NCBI GenBank assembly: GCA_965116025.1
Contig: OZ220480.1
Span: forward strand, 896,001 to 960,000
DNA length: 64,000 nt
Source: an uncultured candidatus Porisulfidus sp.
GTDB taxonomy: Bacteria; Pseudomonadota; Gammaproteobacteria; Poriferisulfidales; Poriferisulfidaceae
Direction of reading: 5' to 3'
Below, one piece after another: positions 42,267-55,228 of this stretch. A model generated the notes under the pieces. It made no database searches. It had not been told where the DNA came from and was given only the letters and a program-made list of their open reading frames with translations. Each line of letters begins with the position of its first letter. The stretch's first letter is position 1. The translations under genes and the position numbers were made by a program.

Positions 42267-42748
42267 GCGAGTGTCATCCTTGCCGAGTGGAAATTGAGGA
42301 GAGGAGCTTCTCTTGGGGGCTTTGGAATGGTTTGCGGCTATCATACATGAGCTCCCGGAGGCGAGAATCGGGTCGCTTGCCCACGCTCGCGCTTTTTCCA
42401 AGAAAATCAACGCTATGGAGCGTCTAGGCTCTCGCTTTTTTGGACTCTTGGCCGGGGTTCGTCGGCGCGGCGGGCGCGCGGGGCGTTGATTTTTCTAGGT
42501 TTTCCGCTCGGAGAAACGAAATCCACGGGCGTCGTCGGGCGAGTTCCGACCGGAACTCGCCCAGAATGGCTCGACGGCTCGCGTCGCGCAGGTTGGGATT
42601 TGATGCCGAAAAGCGGCGCGTGATCGCGCGCGATTCCGCCTCTGGAAAGAGGCTTTCCCGAGGCGCTCGTCTCGCCGAGAGGGGTCGGGATCCCCTTTCC
42701 CGTGTCAGAATGATGTAATATTCCCCCCGCACACTGGCGCGGAACAGC

Positions 42749-43528
42749 ATGAGAACGCCTGTCGCCAAGATTCTTATCGTCGAGGACGAGCCCGCCATCC
42801 GCGAGATGGTGAGTTACGCCCTCCGGCAATCCGACTTCGATTTGCTGGAGGCGGAGAACGCGCTTCAAGCGTACGCGCTGATCGCCGCGCACAACCCGGA
42901 CCTGATTCTGCTGGACTGGATGTTGCCCGGGCAAAGCGGCCTGGAGGTGGCGCGTCGTTTGCGCAAGGACGAGCCAACGGCGGAGATCCCGATCATCATG
43001 CTGACCGCCCGCGGAGAGGAGGCGGATCGGGTGCGCGGACTGGAGTGCGGCGCGGACGATTACGTATCCAAGCCGTTCTCGCCGCGCGAGCTGACCGCCC
43101 GCATTCACGCCCTGCTGCGCCGCTCCGCGCCGCATGTAGCGAGTCCCGCTCTGCAACATGGAGCCATTCGGCTCGATTCGATCCGCCACGAGGTCTGGGT
43201 TGGCAAGAAACGGGCGGAGATGGGCCCCACGGAGTTTCGCCTCTTGCGCTTCCTGATGGCGCACCCCAATCGAGTGTACAGCCGCGTCCAGTTGCTGGAT
43301 CAGGTGTGGGGGCAGAATAGCTACATTGAGGAGCGGACCATCGACGTGCATATCCTGCGCTTGCGCAAGGCGCTAGGCAAGAAGGCGGCCGGCCATATCC
43401 GCACCGTCCACAGCACGGGCTACCAGTTCCATACCGAGTTGCCCCCGAAGAGCAAGAAGAAAGCCAACAAGGCCGAGAAGCCAAAAAAGCCGGAAAAGCC
43501 CAAAAAATCCAAGCGGCGCGCCGCCTGA
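42749..43528 (+). CDS. phoB: phosphate regulon response regulator with Lys-rich C-terminal extension
   Basis: ILIVEDEPAIREM, LLDWMLPG.SG, IIMLTARGEE.DRVRGL, MGPTEFRLL.FLM.HP.RVYSR, EERTIDVHI.RLRKAL. Confidence 0.95.
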   Translation: MRTPVAKILIVEDEPAIREMVSYALRQSDFDLLEAENALQAYALIAAHNPDLILLDWMLPGQSGLEVARRLRKDEPTAEIPIIMLTARGEEADRVRGLECGADDYVSKPFSPRELTARIHALLRRSAPHVASPALQHGAIRLDSIRHEVWVGKKRAEMGPTEFRLLRFLMAHPNRVYSRVQLLDQVWGQNSYIEERTIDVHILRLRKALGKKAAGHIRTVHSTGYQFHTELPPKSKKKANKAEKPKKPEKPKKSKRRAA

Positions 43529-43537
43529 CGACTTCGC

Positions 43538-44839
43538 GTGTGGGGCTCTCCGCTTTCCCAGGAGGCCGCGCGCTTGGCGCTGCTGGCGGCAGTTCTCGCC
43601 GCGGTCGGCTTCCCTCTCGAGGTCCCGCTCCCGGCGCTGACTCTGGCGTTGCTCCTGTTTCTTTCGTGGCACGCTTGGCAGTGGCGCCAGGTGCGGAGCT
43701 GGGAGCGGCGTCTCCCGCGGGCGCCGGTCCCGCGCGGTCTGTCGCCGATCTGGAGCTTGTGGGCCGCCGACCTGGCGGACCGCCATCATCAGGCGGCCCA
43801 GGTTCGAAGGGAGATGGAGCGGCTTCAATGGAAGCTCGAGTCCTTGTCGGCCGCCTTGCCGGACGCGGCCGTCGCCGTGGATACGGACTTGCGGATCGAA
43901 TGGTTCAACGCCGCCGCCGAATCCTTGCTGGACTTGCGGGCGGACGACCAGGGCCGTCTGCTCGCGCACATGGTGCGCGTCCCGGAGCTGGCGCGCTATC
44001 TGCGGGAAGGGGATTACGCGTTGCCGCTCAACCTGGAATCGTTCGCGGGAGTCTCGCACCCGGTGAGCGTGCAGGTCTCGCCGTTTGGTGGACGCGCCCG
44101 GCTGATCACGTTCCGGGATCTGACCCAGGAGATCCGCATGAACCGGTTGCGCCAGGAATTCGTCGCCAACGTGTCGCACGAGATCAAGAGCCCCCTGACC
44201 GTGGTTGCCGGCTATCTCGAGACCATCGAGGATCACGCGGGCCAGCCCCCGGAGCGGTCGATTCTCCGCGAGATGTCCCGCCAGTGTCAGCGCATGCGCG
44301 GCTTGGTGGACGACCTGCTGGAGCTGTCCCGGCTAGAGGCCAGCGAGCTGAAGGACCGAGATTTGCAGGACGTGGATCTGGCCGCGCTGGCGCAGGAGGT
44401 TCGGCGCGAGGCGCAGGCGCTGACCTCGGAGGCCCAGCACGAGATTCAGGTGGAAGGCGCGCCTGGCGTCAAGGTCCGAGGGCGCCCGGAGGAGCTGCAC
44501 AGCGCCCTGTTCAACCTGGTCAGCAACGCGTTGCGCTACTCGCCGGACGGAGGAGAGATCGTCATTGGGTGGCAACGCAAGGACGACCGGGTGCGCCTGT
44601 CGGTGACCGACCATGGAGTCGGCATTCGGAGGGAGCACATCGCCCGGCTGGCCGAGCGTTTCTACCGAGTGGACAAGGCGCGCTCCCGCGGCACTGGAGG
44701 CACGGGGCTCGGGCTGGCTATCGTGAAGCACATTCTGCAGCGCCATGGCGGGCGGTTGCAGATCGACAGCGCCTGGGGCGAGGGGAGCGTGTTCACGTGC
44801 GTGTTTCCGCTTCCCGCGCCGCGTCGCGATGGACGCTAG
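43538..44839 (+). CDS. phoR: phosphate regulon sensor kinase
   Basis: PAS region, FVANVSHEIKSPLTV, NLVSNALRY, ERFYRVDKARSR.TGGTGLGLAIVKH. Confidence 0.95.
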   Translation: MWGSPLSQEAARLALLAAVLAAVGFPLEVPLPALTLALLLFLSWHAWQWRQVRSWERRLPRAPVPRGLSPIWSLWAADLADRHHQAAQVRREMERLQWKLESLSAALPDAAVAVDTDLRIEWFNAAAESLLDLRADDQGRLLAHMVRVPELARYLREGDYALPLNLESFAGVSHPVSVQVSPFGGRARLITFRDLTQEIRMNRLRQEFVANVSHEIKSPLTVVAGYLETIEDHAGQPPERSILREMSRQCQRMRGLVDDLLELSRLEASELKDRDLQDVDLAALAQEVRREAQALTSEAQHEIQVEGAPGVKVRGRPEELHSALFNLVSNALRYSPDGGEIVIGWQRKDDRVRLSVTDHGVGIRREHIARLAERFYRVDKARSRGTGGTGLGLAIVKHILQRHGGRLQIDSAWGEGSVFTCVFPLPAPRRDGR

Positions 44840-44845
44840 CCGGAA

Positions 44846-45709
44846 TCAGCCGAAGCGGCCCGTGATGTAGTCCTCGGTCAGCTGGTGTTTCGGCGTGGTG
44901 AAGATGTCCTTGGTCGGGCCCACCTCGACCAGGTAGCCCAAGTGGAAGTAGGCGGTGCGCTGGGAGACGCGCGCGGCCTGCTGCATGGAGTGAGTGACGA
45001 TGGCGATGGAGAAGTTCTCGCGCAGCTCGCCGATCAGCTCCTCGACCTTGGCGGTGGCGATCGGGTCCAGCGCCGAGCACGGCTCGTCCATCAGGATCAC
45101 CTCGGGGCTGACCGCGATGGCGCGCGCGATGCATAGGCGCTGCTGCTGGCCGCCGGACAGGCCGGTGCCGGGCTGGTCCAGCCGGTCCTTGACCTCATCG
45201 AGCAGGCCCGCTCGCTCCAGCGAGGTGTGGACGATCTCCTCCAGGTCGGCGCGGTCGCGCGCCAGCCCGTGGATGCGGGGGCCGTAGGCGACGTTGTCGA
45301 AGATCGACTTCGGGAACGGGTTGGGCTTCTGGAAGACCATCCCGACCCGCGCGCGCAGCAGCACCGGGTCGACCTTGCGCGCGTAGATGTTCTTGCCGTC
45401 CATCTCGACCCGGCCTTCGACCCGGCAGCCGTCGATCGTGTCGTTCATCCGGTTCAGACAGCGTAGAAGCGTGGTCTTCCCGCAACCCGACGGGCCGATC
45501 ATGGCGACGACCGAGTTCGCCCCGATGTCGAGGTTCACGTTGAAGACCGCCTGCTTGGCGCCGTAGTGCACGTTGACGTCGCGGATCTTCATCCGGGGGT
45601 CTGGAACGGTGATGTCCCCGACCGTGGTCAGGTCTAGGTCGCGGCCGGGAGCGGCGGCCCCTTCGGATCGCTCCGGGATCGGCATGGCCAAGGTTTCGGT
45701 GGCGTCCAT
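44846..45709 (-). CDS. pstB: phosphate ABC transporter ATPase
   Basis: [60 protein letters not shown]. Confidence 0.97.
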   Translation of the reverse strand: MDATETLAMPIPERSEGAAAPGRDLDLTTVGDITVPDPRMKIRDVNVHYGAKQAVFNVNLDIGANSVVAMIGPSGCGKTTLLRCLNRMNDTIDGCRVEGRVEMDGKNIYARKVDPVLLRARVGMVFQKPNPFPKSIFDNVAYGPRIHGLARDRADLEEIVHTSLERAGLLDEVKDRLDQPGTGLSGGQQQRLCIARAIAVSPEVILMDEPCSALDPIATAKVEELIGELRENFSIAIVTHSMQQAARVSQRTAYFHLGYLVEVGPTKDIFTTPKHQLTEDYITGRFG

Positions 45710-45748
45710 GGGATGTGCTCGGTGGATTATAGGGGACGGGAGGGCGGG

Positions 45749-47019
45749 TCAGAACCGCTTGGCGATCTTCTTGCGCAGGTAGACCGCGGTCGCGTTCATG
45801 GTGATCAGGAACGCGAGCAGCACCAGGATCGCGGCGGACGTGCGCTCGGTGAAGCCGCGCTCCGGGCTGTCCGACCACAGGAAGATCTGCACTGGCAGGG
45901 CCGTGGCCGGGTCCGTGAATCCGGCGGGAGGCTCGACGATGAAGGCGACCATGCCGATCATCAGCAGCGGCGCCGACTCGCCGAGCGCTTGCGCCATCCC
46001 GATGATCGTCCCGGTCAGCATGCCGGGCATGGCGATCGGCAGCACGTGGTGGAACATCGCCTGCATGCGCGAGGCGCCGATGCCGAGCGCCGCCTCCTTG
46101 ATCGAGGGGGGCACCGACTGGATGGCCGCGCGCGAGGCGATGATGATGGTGGGCAACGTCATCAGCGTCAGCACCAGTCCGCCGACGATGGGCGTGGAGC
46201 GCGGCATCCCGAACCAGTTGATGAAGATGGCGAGGCCGAGCAGGCCGAAGATGATCGAGGGGACGGCCGCGAGGTTGTTGATGTTAATCTCGATCAGGTC
46301 GATGAGGCGGTTGCGCGGCGCGAACTCCTCCAGATAGATCGCGGCGGCCACCCCGATCGGGAACGAGAGCAATAGGGTGACGATCAGAGTCAGGAACGAC
46401 CCCGTCAGGGCGCCGAGGATGCCGGCCTGCTCCGGCTCGCGGGAATCCCCCGCGGTGAAGAAGGTCGTGTTGAAGCGCCGCTCGATGAGGCCGGCCTCGC
46501 GCAGGTCGTCGACGTAGCCGATCATTCGATCATTGAGGCGCCGCTCGCTCTCGGGAAGGTCCCGGTCGATGTAGCCCTTCATGAGCATGTCGATGTCGTC
46601 GTCGGCGGCCAGCCACACGTTTCGCGTGGTCCCGATCAGGCCGGGATCGTCCAGCACCCGCTCGCGCAGGACGAACGCGCTCCCCCCGCTGATCATCCGC
46701 GCCAGCTCGCGGCGCCCGCTTCGCCCTTGAACCTCCGGGAAACGCGCGTAGACCGCGGTCTTGACCAGCTTCCAGTAATCGGCCGAGAACAGGGCCTGCG
46801 GGTCGCGCTCTCCGCCCGGATCGATGACCTGAGGGTCGAAATGGATCGGCAGCTCGATGTAGGTTTGGGTGAACGCCTTGTGGCCGTTGGCGATGATGCT
46901 GCCGAACAGCAGCAGCAGGAACGACATCCCCAAGAGAATGGCGACGATGCCGTAGATCTGGAACCGCTTCTCGGCCCGCTGTCTCCGGCCCAGTCCGGCG
47001 AGGATCCGGTCCGCGTGGC

Positions 47020-47023
<4 letters not shown>
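45749..47023 (-). CDS. pstA: phosphate ABC transporter permease PstA
   Basis: Start MSHADRIL at 47023 (ATGA overlap with pstC); AAIYLEEFAP, NLAAVPSIIFGLLG, AQALGESAPL. Confidence 0.95.
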
Positions 47024-48399
<1,376 letters not shown>

Positions 48400-48429
48400 C
48401 GGGGGGCGCCGAGGCTTTGGGGGAAGCCC

Positions 48430-48463
48430 ATTATTCCGGCGCCATGTGTCAGTTTGATTACAA
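48430..48463 (-). promoter_or_regulatory. Pho box plus -10 element for pstCAB
   Basis: Minus strand TTGTAAT-CAAA-CTGACAC (consensus CTGTCAT-N4-CTGTCAY), followed 10 nt later by AATAAT. Confidence 0.8.
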
Positions 48464-48488
48464 CGGCGGGAGGGACGCCTCCCGGCGA

Positions 48489-48761
48489 TCAGGCCTCCGG
48501 GTCGGTGAACTCCCGAGGCTTCTCGGAGCCCTCCCCGAAGAAGTACTTCTCCATCTCGCCCTCCAGGAACTCCCGCGCCTTGGGGTCGATCGGGGTCAGG
48601 CGATACTCGTTGATCAGCATGGTCTGGTGGCGCAGCCAGCCAGCCCACGCCTCGGCCGACACCTCCTCGAAAATGCGCCGCCCGAGCGCTCCCGGGTAGG
48701 GCGCTCTCTCCAGGCCCTCGGCCTCGCGGCCGAGTTTCGCGCATTGGACCATGCGGGTCAT
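48489..48761 (-). CDS. yggX: Fe(II)-trafficking / oxidative damage protection protein
   Basis: [17 protein letters not shown]...[17 protein letters not shown]. Confidence 0.95.
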   Translation of the reverse strand: MTRMVQCAKLGREAEGLERAPYPGALGRRIFEEVSAEAWAGWLRHQTMLINEYRLTPIDPKAREFLEGEMEKYFFGEGSEKPREFTDPEA

Positions 48762-48846
48762 TTTCAGGGTCGCGCGTCTCGCGATCTCGCTGATTGGCGG
48801 AAAGACGGATTATAGAGCGCCCGAGAATCGCGCTCGGCTCGATTCC

Positions 48847-49686
48847 TCATTCGCATACCATGCCATCGCCGTCGCCATCGCGCATGAGCGGATACGCCTG
48901 GTGGCCGCGCGGCACCGGGGCGATGCCGTGGCGCCGCGCCTCGCGGCAAGTGATCCTCCCGTTCCCATCGTCGTCCCAAAGGCGCAGGGCCTCCACGTCT
49001 TCCGGAAGGCCCTCAGGACGAGCGGCCGGAGCCTTGGCCATGGATCGGCACTCCGGGCTTTCGATCTCGGCCGTGGCGCAGGAAGACAGGATGCGCTCCA
49101 GCGCGTCCGCCTCGCGCCGGTCCACGCTCAGGCCGTGCTTGAGGCGCACCGCGAGCACGCGGTGGGCGAACCAGCAGCGATTGCGGGCGGGCGTCCACCG
49201 GGACGCGTCGTAGGCGCGCTTCCGGTATCGGTTGAGGACCGGGTCCGCCAGCGTCAGGTTGAGGAGGTCGGAGCTGAATCTTTCCCGAACCGCGGCGCTC
49301 GCGCGGCACAGCCCGCTGTCGTGCGCTTCGGAGCGGGCCACGATATGCTCGATGTCGGTCTGCCGGACGCTGCCGAAGCACTGCCCCGTGTACGGGCTGT
49401 ATATCTTCCCGAGCTCCGCGACGATCTCGAGCTCGACCGAAGGGGGATAGGGGTAATCCTCGCCGCGATAGGGCGAGCAGCGGAATTCCGGCTCGACGAC
49501 GAGGCCGCGCCACGTCTCGGTCGAGGCGGCCGACGCCGGAAAGCCGGCGGCGAGGATCGCGCAAAAAGAGACTCGTCCCCACCATCGGGCGAGAACGCGA
49601 GGCGGCGCGGAGAACACGATCCGCGAGGGCGGAATCAGAAACGCCGGAGCGGGCGCGGGCCGGTCTCTTTGGAGCCCGGTTCCCAC
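48847..49686 (-). CDS. secreted HNH-like (DUF1524-type) nuclease with C-terminal Excalibur Ca-binding domain (start uncertain)
   Basis: Signal-like segment, SPYTG, DIEHIVA.SEAHDSG, F..D..NL, N..K...D; C-terminal C.EAR..G.AP..RG...Y...RDGDGDGMVCE. Confidence 0.7.
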   Translation of the reverse strand: MGTGLQRDRPAPAPAFLIPPSRIVFSAPPRVLARWWGRVSFCAILAAGFPASAASTETWRGLVVEPEFRCSPYRGEDYPYPPSVELEIVAELGKIYSPYTGQCFGSVRQTDIEHIVARSEAHDSGLCRASAAVRERFSSDLLNLTLADPVLNRYRKRAYDASRWTPARNRCWFAHRVLAVRLKHGLSVDRREADALERILSSCATAEIESPECRSMAKAPAARPEGLPEDVEALRLWDDDGNGRITCREARRHGIAPVPRGHQAYPLMRDGDGDGMVCE

Positions 49687-49770
49687 GGAACCCTGACTCG
49701 AAGCGCGCCCGCCAACGCCGAGGTCCAGAAAATCGGAGGTCGCTCGGAGCCGCTCACGGCGGTGGTCTGG

Positions 49771-50643
49771 CTAGAAGTACCGCAGCAGCCGCATTCTCAG
49801 GCCGACCTCGTCGGCGTCCAGCTCGTGCGCGGACCGGACGCGCAGGTCTTCCGTGCCGTCCAGCTGCACCAAGGATTCCGAGCCGTATTCCATGTAATAC
49901 GTTTCCACCTGCAGGCCAATCCGCTCCGCTATTGGCGCGCGCATGCCCATCCCCAGAAGCCAGGCGGTGTAGTCTCGGTCGGTACGGACCTCGCTGGGCT
50001 CGAAGTCGCTCGCGCCGCAATATCCCCGCGCGGGAGACTGGAAGCAGCCGGTTCCGCCATTCACGTACTCGGCCTTGATCCGGCGCATGCCGGCCAGGAC
50101 GTACAGTCCGGCGTCGGGGCCGAACGCGGAGGTCAGCAAGTCCGGGCGCCCGCCGAGCCGGAACGTCACTCCGTAGCTGTAGTCCTTCTCGAAAGACCAG
50201 CGCTCCGTCCAGTTCTCCCCAACCTGCGGCCCGACCGAGAAGGCCGGAAGATCCGGGTCGTTCGCGTCGTTATGGGCCTTTCGCGCCGCGACGTCCTCGG
50301 TTCCCTGGATTCCGCCCCGCGCTTTTCCGCCGTGGTACGTCAGGTTGATCTCACCGCTCCAGAACATGTCCCCGAGGGAGCGCTGGTATCCGAGCGTCAG
50401 GCCGAACCCGCCGCCCGTCCGGGAGTTGGAGGAGCGCTCCGTGAAGGTTTTGCCCCGGGACAGGGTCATGTTTCCTTCGGGCGTGTTGTCGACGCTTTTG
50501 AAGGTCGAGACGTCCACCTTCTCCGCCGCCGCGGAGACGCCGAGATAGAGCCCCTCCTGCGCCGAGAGGGCGGTGGCCGGGACGCTGGCGGCCAGAAGAG
50601 CCGCGCAGGCCAGCGGGAGAGTCTCTCGGGTCAGGCTGCTCAT
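49771..50643 (-). CDS. outer-membrane beta-barrel protein (OmpA-like/porin family)
   Basis: Signal peptide ending ALSA, G.YLG start, amphipathic strands, C-terminal ..LRYF. Confidence 0.7.
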   Translation of the reverse strand: MSSLTRETLPLACAALLAASVPATALSAQEGLYLGVSAAAEKVDVSTFKSVDNTPEGNMTLSRGKTFTERSSNSRTGGGFGLTLGYQRSLGDMFWSGEINLTYHGGKARGGIQGTEDVAARKAHNDANDPDLPAFSVGPQVGENWTERWSFEKDYSYGVTFRLGGRPDLLTSAFGPDAGLYVLAGMRRIKAEYVNGGTGCFQSPARGYCGASDFEPSEVRTDRDYTAWLLGMGMRAPIAERIGLQVETYYMEYGSESLVQLDGTEDLRVRSAHELDADEVGLRMRLLRYF

Positions 50644-50689
50644 CGTTTTCCGCCTTGGCGCTTTTGGATGGGCGTCGCGATGGCGAGGA

Positions 50690-51736
<1,047 letters not shown>

Positions 51737-51740
51737 GCCG

Positions 51741-53843
51741 TCAGAACAGGTCTTCCAGCAGTTTCCGCACGGCCTTCGCGCCCGTGTCGCCGATCTTCTC
51801 CTCGACTTTCTCCTCGATCTCGTCGGCGAGGGATCGCGCGCCCTCGTCCAGCTCCTCATCAATCCGCTCCTTCGCCAGCGTCGACATGTCCAGGGAGTGC
51901 GACAGGTCGTCGAAAGGCCCCTTGACGCGGACCGGAATCCGCAAACTCTCTCCGACTCGCGCGGTCAGCTGGTAGTCGATCCTCGAGCGCGGCAGATCGA
52001 TGTAGCCGCGCCCGTCCAGGGAGATCGAGCCCGCTTCCATCCGCAACTCGCGGCTGGTCAGGCGGCCGTCGTTGGCGTCCCAGCTCGCCCGCAGCAGATC
52101 GAACGGCAACGCGCCTCCAGGCGTGGTCTCGCTGGGGCGTTCCTGCAGCGCCGCGACGGCGGCCTCCACGGCCCGGGCGATCCCGCCGATTCGCACCGCG
52201 CCGTCGCGCGCCGCCAAGCTGACGAAGCCGGTGAGGGAAGGCCAGGCGGTGGCCAGGCGGCGCCCGCGCGCGTTCAGAGCCAAGTTCAGGTCGGCCGCGC
52301 CCTCAAGGGGAGCGCGGCCGCTCTCGCCCAGCGGAGCTAGAGCGCGGTCGAGGTCCAGCTGATCGACTTTCAGGTCCAACCGATATCTCGGGATTCCACC
52401 GGAGACGTCCAGCTCCGCTCCAGCCTGGAGCGCGCCGTCGCCAGCCCGTCCGTTCAGCTTATCGATTTCCCAGATTCCGCGCTCGGCGGTCAACTGGGCG
52501 CTCGCCTGGGTGAGATCAAGGCCTTGCCAGCGTAGTCGCTCCAGACGCAGCTTCGCCGCGATTCGCTGCCGTCGCAACCATTCGACGGGCAAGCCGTCCG
52601 TCGCCGCTTCGGCATCGCCGTCCACTCCGGTCGGGGAGTCCTGATCCCGCGGCAAGTATCGGTCCAGGTCAATCTCGCCCAGACGCAGGTCCAGCGCGAT
52701 CTGGGGCCGGTCGAAGTCCAGCAACGAGAAATCTCCCTGGATCGTGGTGGCGTCCAGCGTCGCGTCCAGCCCCGACAGCTGAACGCCGTTCGGGTGGATC
52801 TTGAGATCGCTTTCCCATTTCAGGAATCGCAGCGCGGTCGGATCTTCCAGCTTGGGCGCTTGGGCGCCCCACAGCTCGATCCAGCGCAGGACATCGATCC
52901 CCGTTCCCGCCGCGCGCCCGGTCAGCTCCGGCTTTTCGGAAAGAGACCTCGCCTCCAGCCGGTCGAACCGCAGGCTCGCTCCCTCGACGGTCGCGTCCGC
53001 TCCATCTAGGCGCAGGAAGTCGCGGGACGCGTCCCATTGGAAAGACCGCGCCTGGATCGCGGGGCTGACGCTCGCGAACGCGAACGCCGGCCCGGCCAGA
53101 TCCAGCTTCACGTCGAGGTCCTCGCCCGAGATTCTCTCCCCGCCCCCTTCAAGATCAAGGTCGGCGCTCATCTGGACTTGGGCGTTGATCCGGCTCTCGG
53201 CCTCCCCATCGAGCCAGGCCATCAGTTCGCCATCCAGCTGGGCTCGCGCGCTGGTGCCGAAGCCGATTCTTTCCAGGCGCAGGCTGAGATTCGACGCTCG
53301 CATGCGTCGATCGCGCGCCTCGTCCCAGATCGCGATGGTGGCGTCGCTCAGCCGGATTTCGGCCAAGTCGATCCCCGTGGCGTCGCCCGCGTCGCCCTCG
53401 GCTTCGGCCCGGTCTCCGGCCACGTCGCCGTCCAGCAGGCCGTCCCAGTTGGCGAGCCCGCTCGATTTTCGCCGCAATCTCAGCTGCAGTCCGTCGAGGC
53501 GGACGGAGTGAATTTCCAGATCGCCCATCAAAAGCGGAGCGATCCGCAAGTACGCCTCGACGCGCTTCGCGGTCAGCATGGGCTCTTGCCCGAACCCCGG
53601 CGGGTTGTCGAACGAGACATCGTGGATCTCGAACCCGACCAGCGGGGGGTCCAGGTGCAGCTCCAGCGCCCCCCCGATGGTGAACGCCCGGCCGGTCCGC
53701 TCCTCCACCAAGCCGATCAGATCGTCCCGATAATCGTCGGGCTCGAAGGTCATGACCAGATAGCCGACCGCCAGCAGGCCGGCGAGCGCCAGCGCCAGGA
53801 CGCCGAACGCGGCGTAACGAAGCGCCTTGAGCAGCGCGGCCAT
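51741..53843 (-). CDS. asmA: AsmA family protein
   Basis: N-terminal TM, F.PDDYR..L...VEERTGR, PLL.G.LEI..V.L, IDLDRYLP, IPVRVKG; asmA-mutY synteny. Confidence 0.85.
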   Translation of the reverse strand: MAALLKALRYAAFGVLALALAGLLAVGYLVMTFEPDDYRDDLIGLVEERTGRAFTIGGALELHLDPPLVGFEIHDVSFDNPPGFGQEPMLTAKRVEAYLRIAPLLMGDLEIHSVRLDGLQLRLRRKSSGLANWDGLLDGDVAGDRAEAEGDAGDATGIDLAEIRLSDATIAIWDEARDRRMRASNLSLRLERIGFGTSARAQLDGELMAWLDGEAESRINAQVQMSADLDLEGGGERISGEDLDVKLDLAGPAFAFASVSPAIQARSFQWDASRDFLRLDGADATVEGASLRFDRLEARSLSEKPELTGRAAGTGIDVLRWIELWGAQAPKLEDPTALRFLKWESDLKIHPNGVQLSGLDATLDATTIQGDFSLLDFDRPQIALDLRLGEIDLDRYLPRDQDSPTGVDGDAEAATDGLPVEWLRRQRIAAKLRLERLRWQGLDLTQASAQLTAERGIWEIDKLNGRAGDGALQAGAELDVSGGIPRYRLDLKVDQLDLDRALAPLGESGRAPLEGAADLNLALNARGRRLATAWPSLTGFVSLAARDGAVRIGGIARAVEAAVAALQERPSETTPGGALPFDLLRASWDANDGRLTSRELRMEAGSISLDGRGYIDLPRSRIDYQLTARVGESLRIPVRVKGPFDDLSHSLDMSTLAKERIDEELDEGARSLADEIEEKVEEKIGDTGAKAVRKLLEDLF

Positions 53844-54331
53844 CAGGAAGAGGCGGGCTCCCGCGTCCAGTCGCCCGAGCGCCCGCCGGACTTGCGCAGC
53901 AGCGCGACATCCTGGATGCGCATTCCCCGGTCGATGGCTTTGCACATGTCGTAGATGGTCAGCAGCGAGATCTGCACGGCCGTGAGGGCCTCCATCTCGA
54001 CCCCGGTGGGCCCGTGGGTCTCGCACCGGGCGAGGCAGCGGACGGCGGGCGGCTCGTCCTCCAGCTCGAGCTCCACCGCGGCATGGGTCAGGGACAGGGG
54101 ATGGCACAGCGGAACCAGGTCGGCGGTCCGCTTGGTGGCCATGATTCCGGCGACGCGCGCGATCCCGATCACGTCGCCCTTGCGGTGGCTTCCCGCCCGG
54201 ATTCTCTCCAGGGTCTCCGCCCGCATCAGGACGCGGCCCTCCGCCTCCGCCACGCGGCGCGTGGCTTCCTTGTCCGAGATGTCGACCATGCGGGCCTCGC
54301 CCTTGTCATTGAAATGGGTCAGATCCGCCAT
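53843..54331 (-). CDS. moaC: cyclic pyranopterin monophosphate synthase
   Basis: LTHF...[47 protein letters not shown]. Confidence 0.97.
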   Translation of the reverse strand: MADLTHFNDKGEARMVDISDKEATRRVAEAEGRVLMRAETLERIRAGSHRKGDVIGIARVAGIMATKRTADLVPLCHPLSLTHAAVELELEDEPPAVRCLARCETHGPTGVEMEALTAVQISLLTIYDMCKAIDRGMRIQDVALLRKSGGRSGDWTREPASS

Positions 54332-54370
54332 GTGCAGAAAAACGCGACGACGCGACTTCTTATTGTATGC

Positions 54371-55228
54371 TCATGCCGTCTCGCCGTTCTTCCGCTGGAT
54401 CGCCGAGACCGGCACCGTGGTCGTCCCGTCTCGAGAGCGCGAGACGGGAGCGAGCGCGTGACCGTAGATCACCTCGTACGTCGCGCGCGCCCTCCCTTGA
54501 TCGTCGGTCGGATAAGCCTCGGCCAAGGCTCGCCATTGGCGGCGAGAGCAGAGACGCTCGGGAGGCGGTCCGACGCGGCTGGAGCCGATTCCGCGGAGCT
54601 CCCGGACCAACTCCTGGACCGAGGCGTAGGAGACGTCGAGTCGCTCGACATCCAGCACCGGGTCCTGGAAGCCTTCCTCCAGAAGCAGATCCCCGACCGG
54701 ATGCATGTCGGCGAATTCGTTGACTCCGCCCTCGATGCCAGCGGCGCGCTGCGCGGCGCGCAACTCGCGCAGGGTGTCCGGGCCGTACGTCGAGAACATC
54801 AGCAACCCGCCCGGGCGCGTCGCGCGGAGGATCTCCCGCAACGCGCCAGCCAGCGGCACGCACCATTGCAGGGTGGAGCTCGAGAAGACCAGATCGATCG
54901 ATCCAGGCGCGAGGGGCAACTGGAACGCGTCGGCCGTGATTGGGCTGCAGCCGGTTTCTCGTTTTCGACTCTGGCGCAGCATGGACCAGGAGAAATCCAC
55001 CGCGATGACGCGCGCTCGGGGATAGCGTTGGACCAGTTGGGCGGCGCCGTCCCCGGTTCCGGCGCCCAGGTCCAGAACGCGCTCGGGCTCCACTCGAATC
55101 AGGTCCAGCCGGTCGAGAAGACGCGAGGCGACCTCGCGCTGCACGCCCGCGAACCGGTCGTAGCGCGCCGCCGCCCGGTCGAATCTCCGGCGCAACCTGG
55201 CCTGGAGGGCGTGGTCGGCTTCGCTCAC
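54371..55228 (-). CDS. bioC: malonyl-ACP O-methyltransferase
   Basis: FDRAAARYD...VQREV, VLDLGAGTG, LQW, FSTYGPDTLREL, F.DMH.VGD, ATYEVIYG. Confidence 0.9.
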   Translation of the reverse strand: MSEADHALQARLRRRFDRAAARYDRFAGVQREVASRLLDRLDLIRVEPERVLDLGAGTGDGAAQLVQRYPRARVIAVDFSWSMLRQSRKRETGCSPITADAFQLPLAPGSIDLVFSSSTLQWCVPLAGALREILRATRPGGLLMFSTYGPDTLRELRAAQRAAGIEGGVNEFADMHPVGDLLLEEGFQDPVLDVERLDVSYASVQELVRELRGIGSSRVGPPPERLCSRRQWRALAEAYPTDDQGRARATYEVIYGHALAPVSRSRDGTTTVPVSAIQRKNGETA

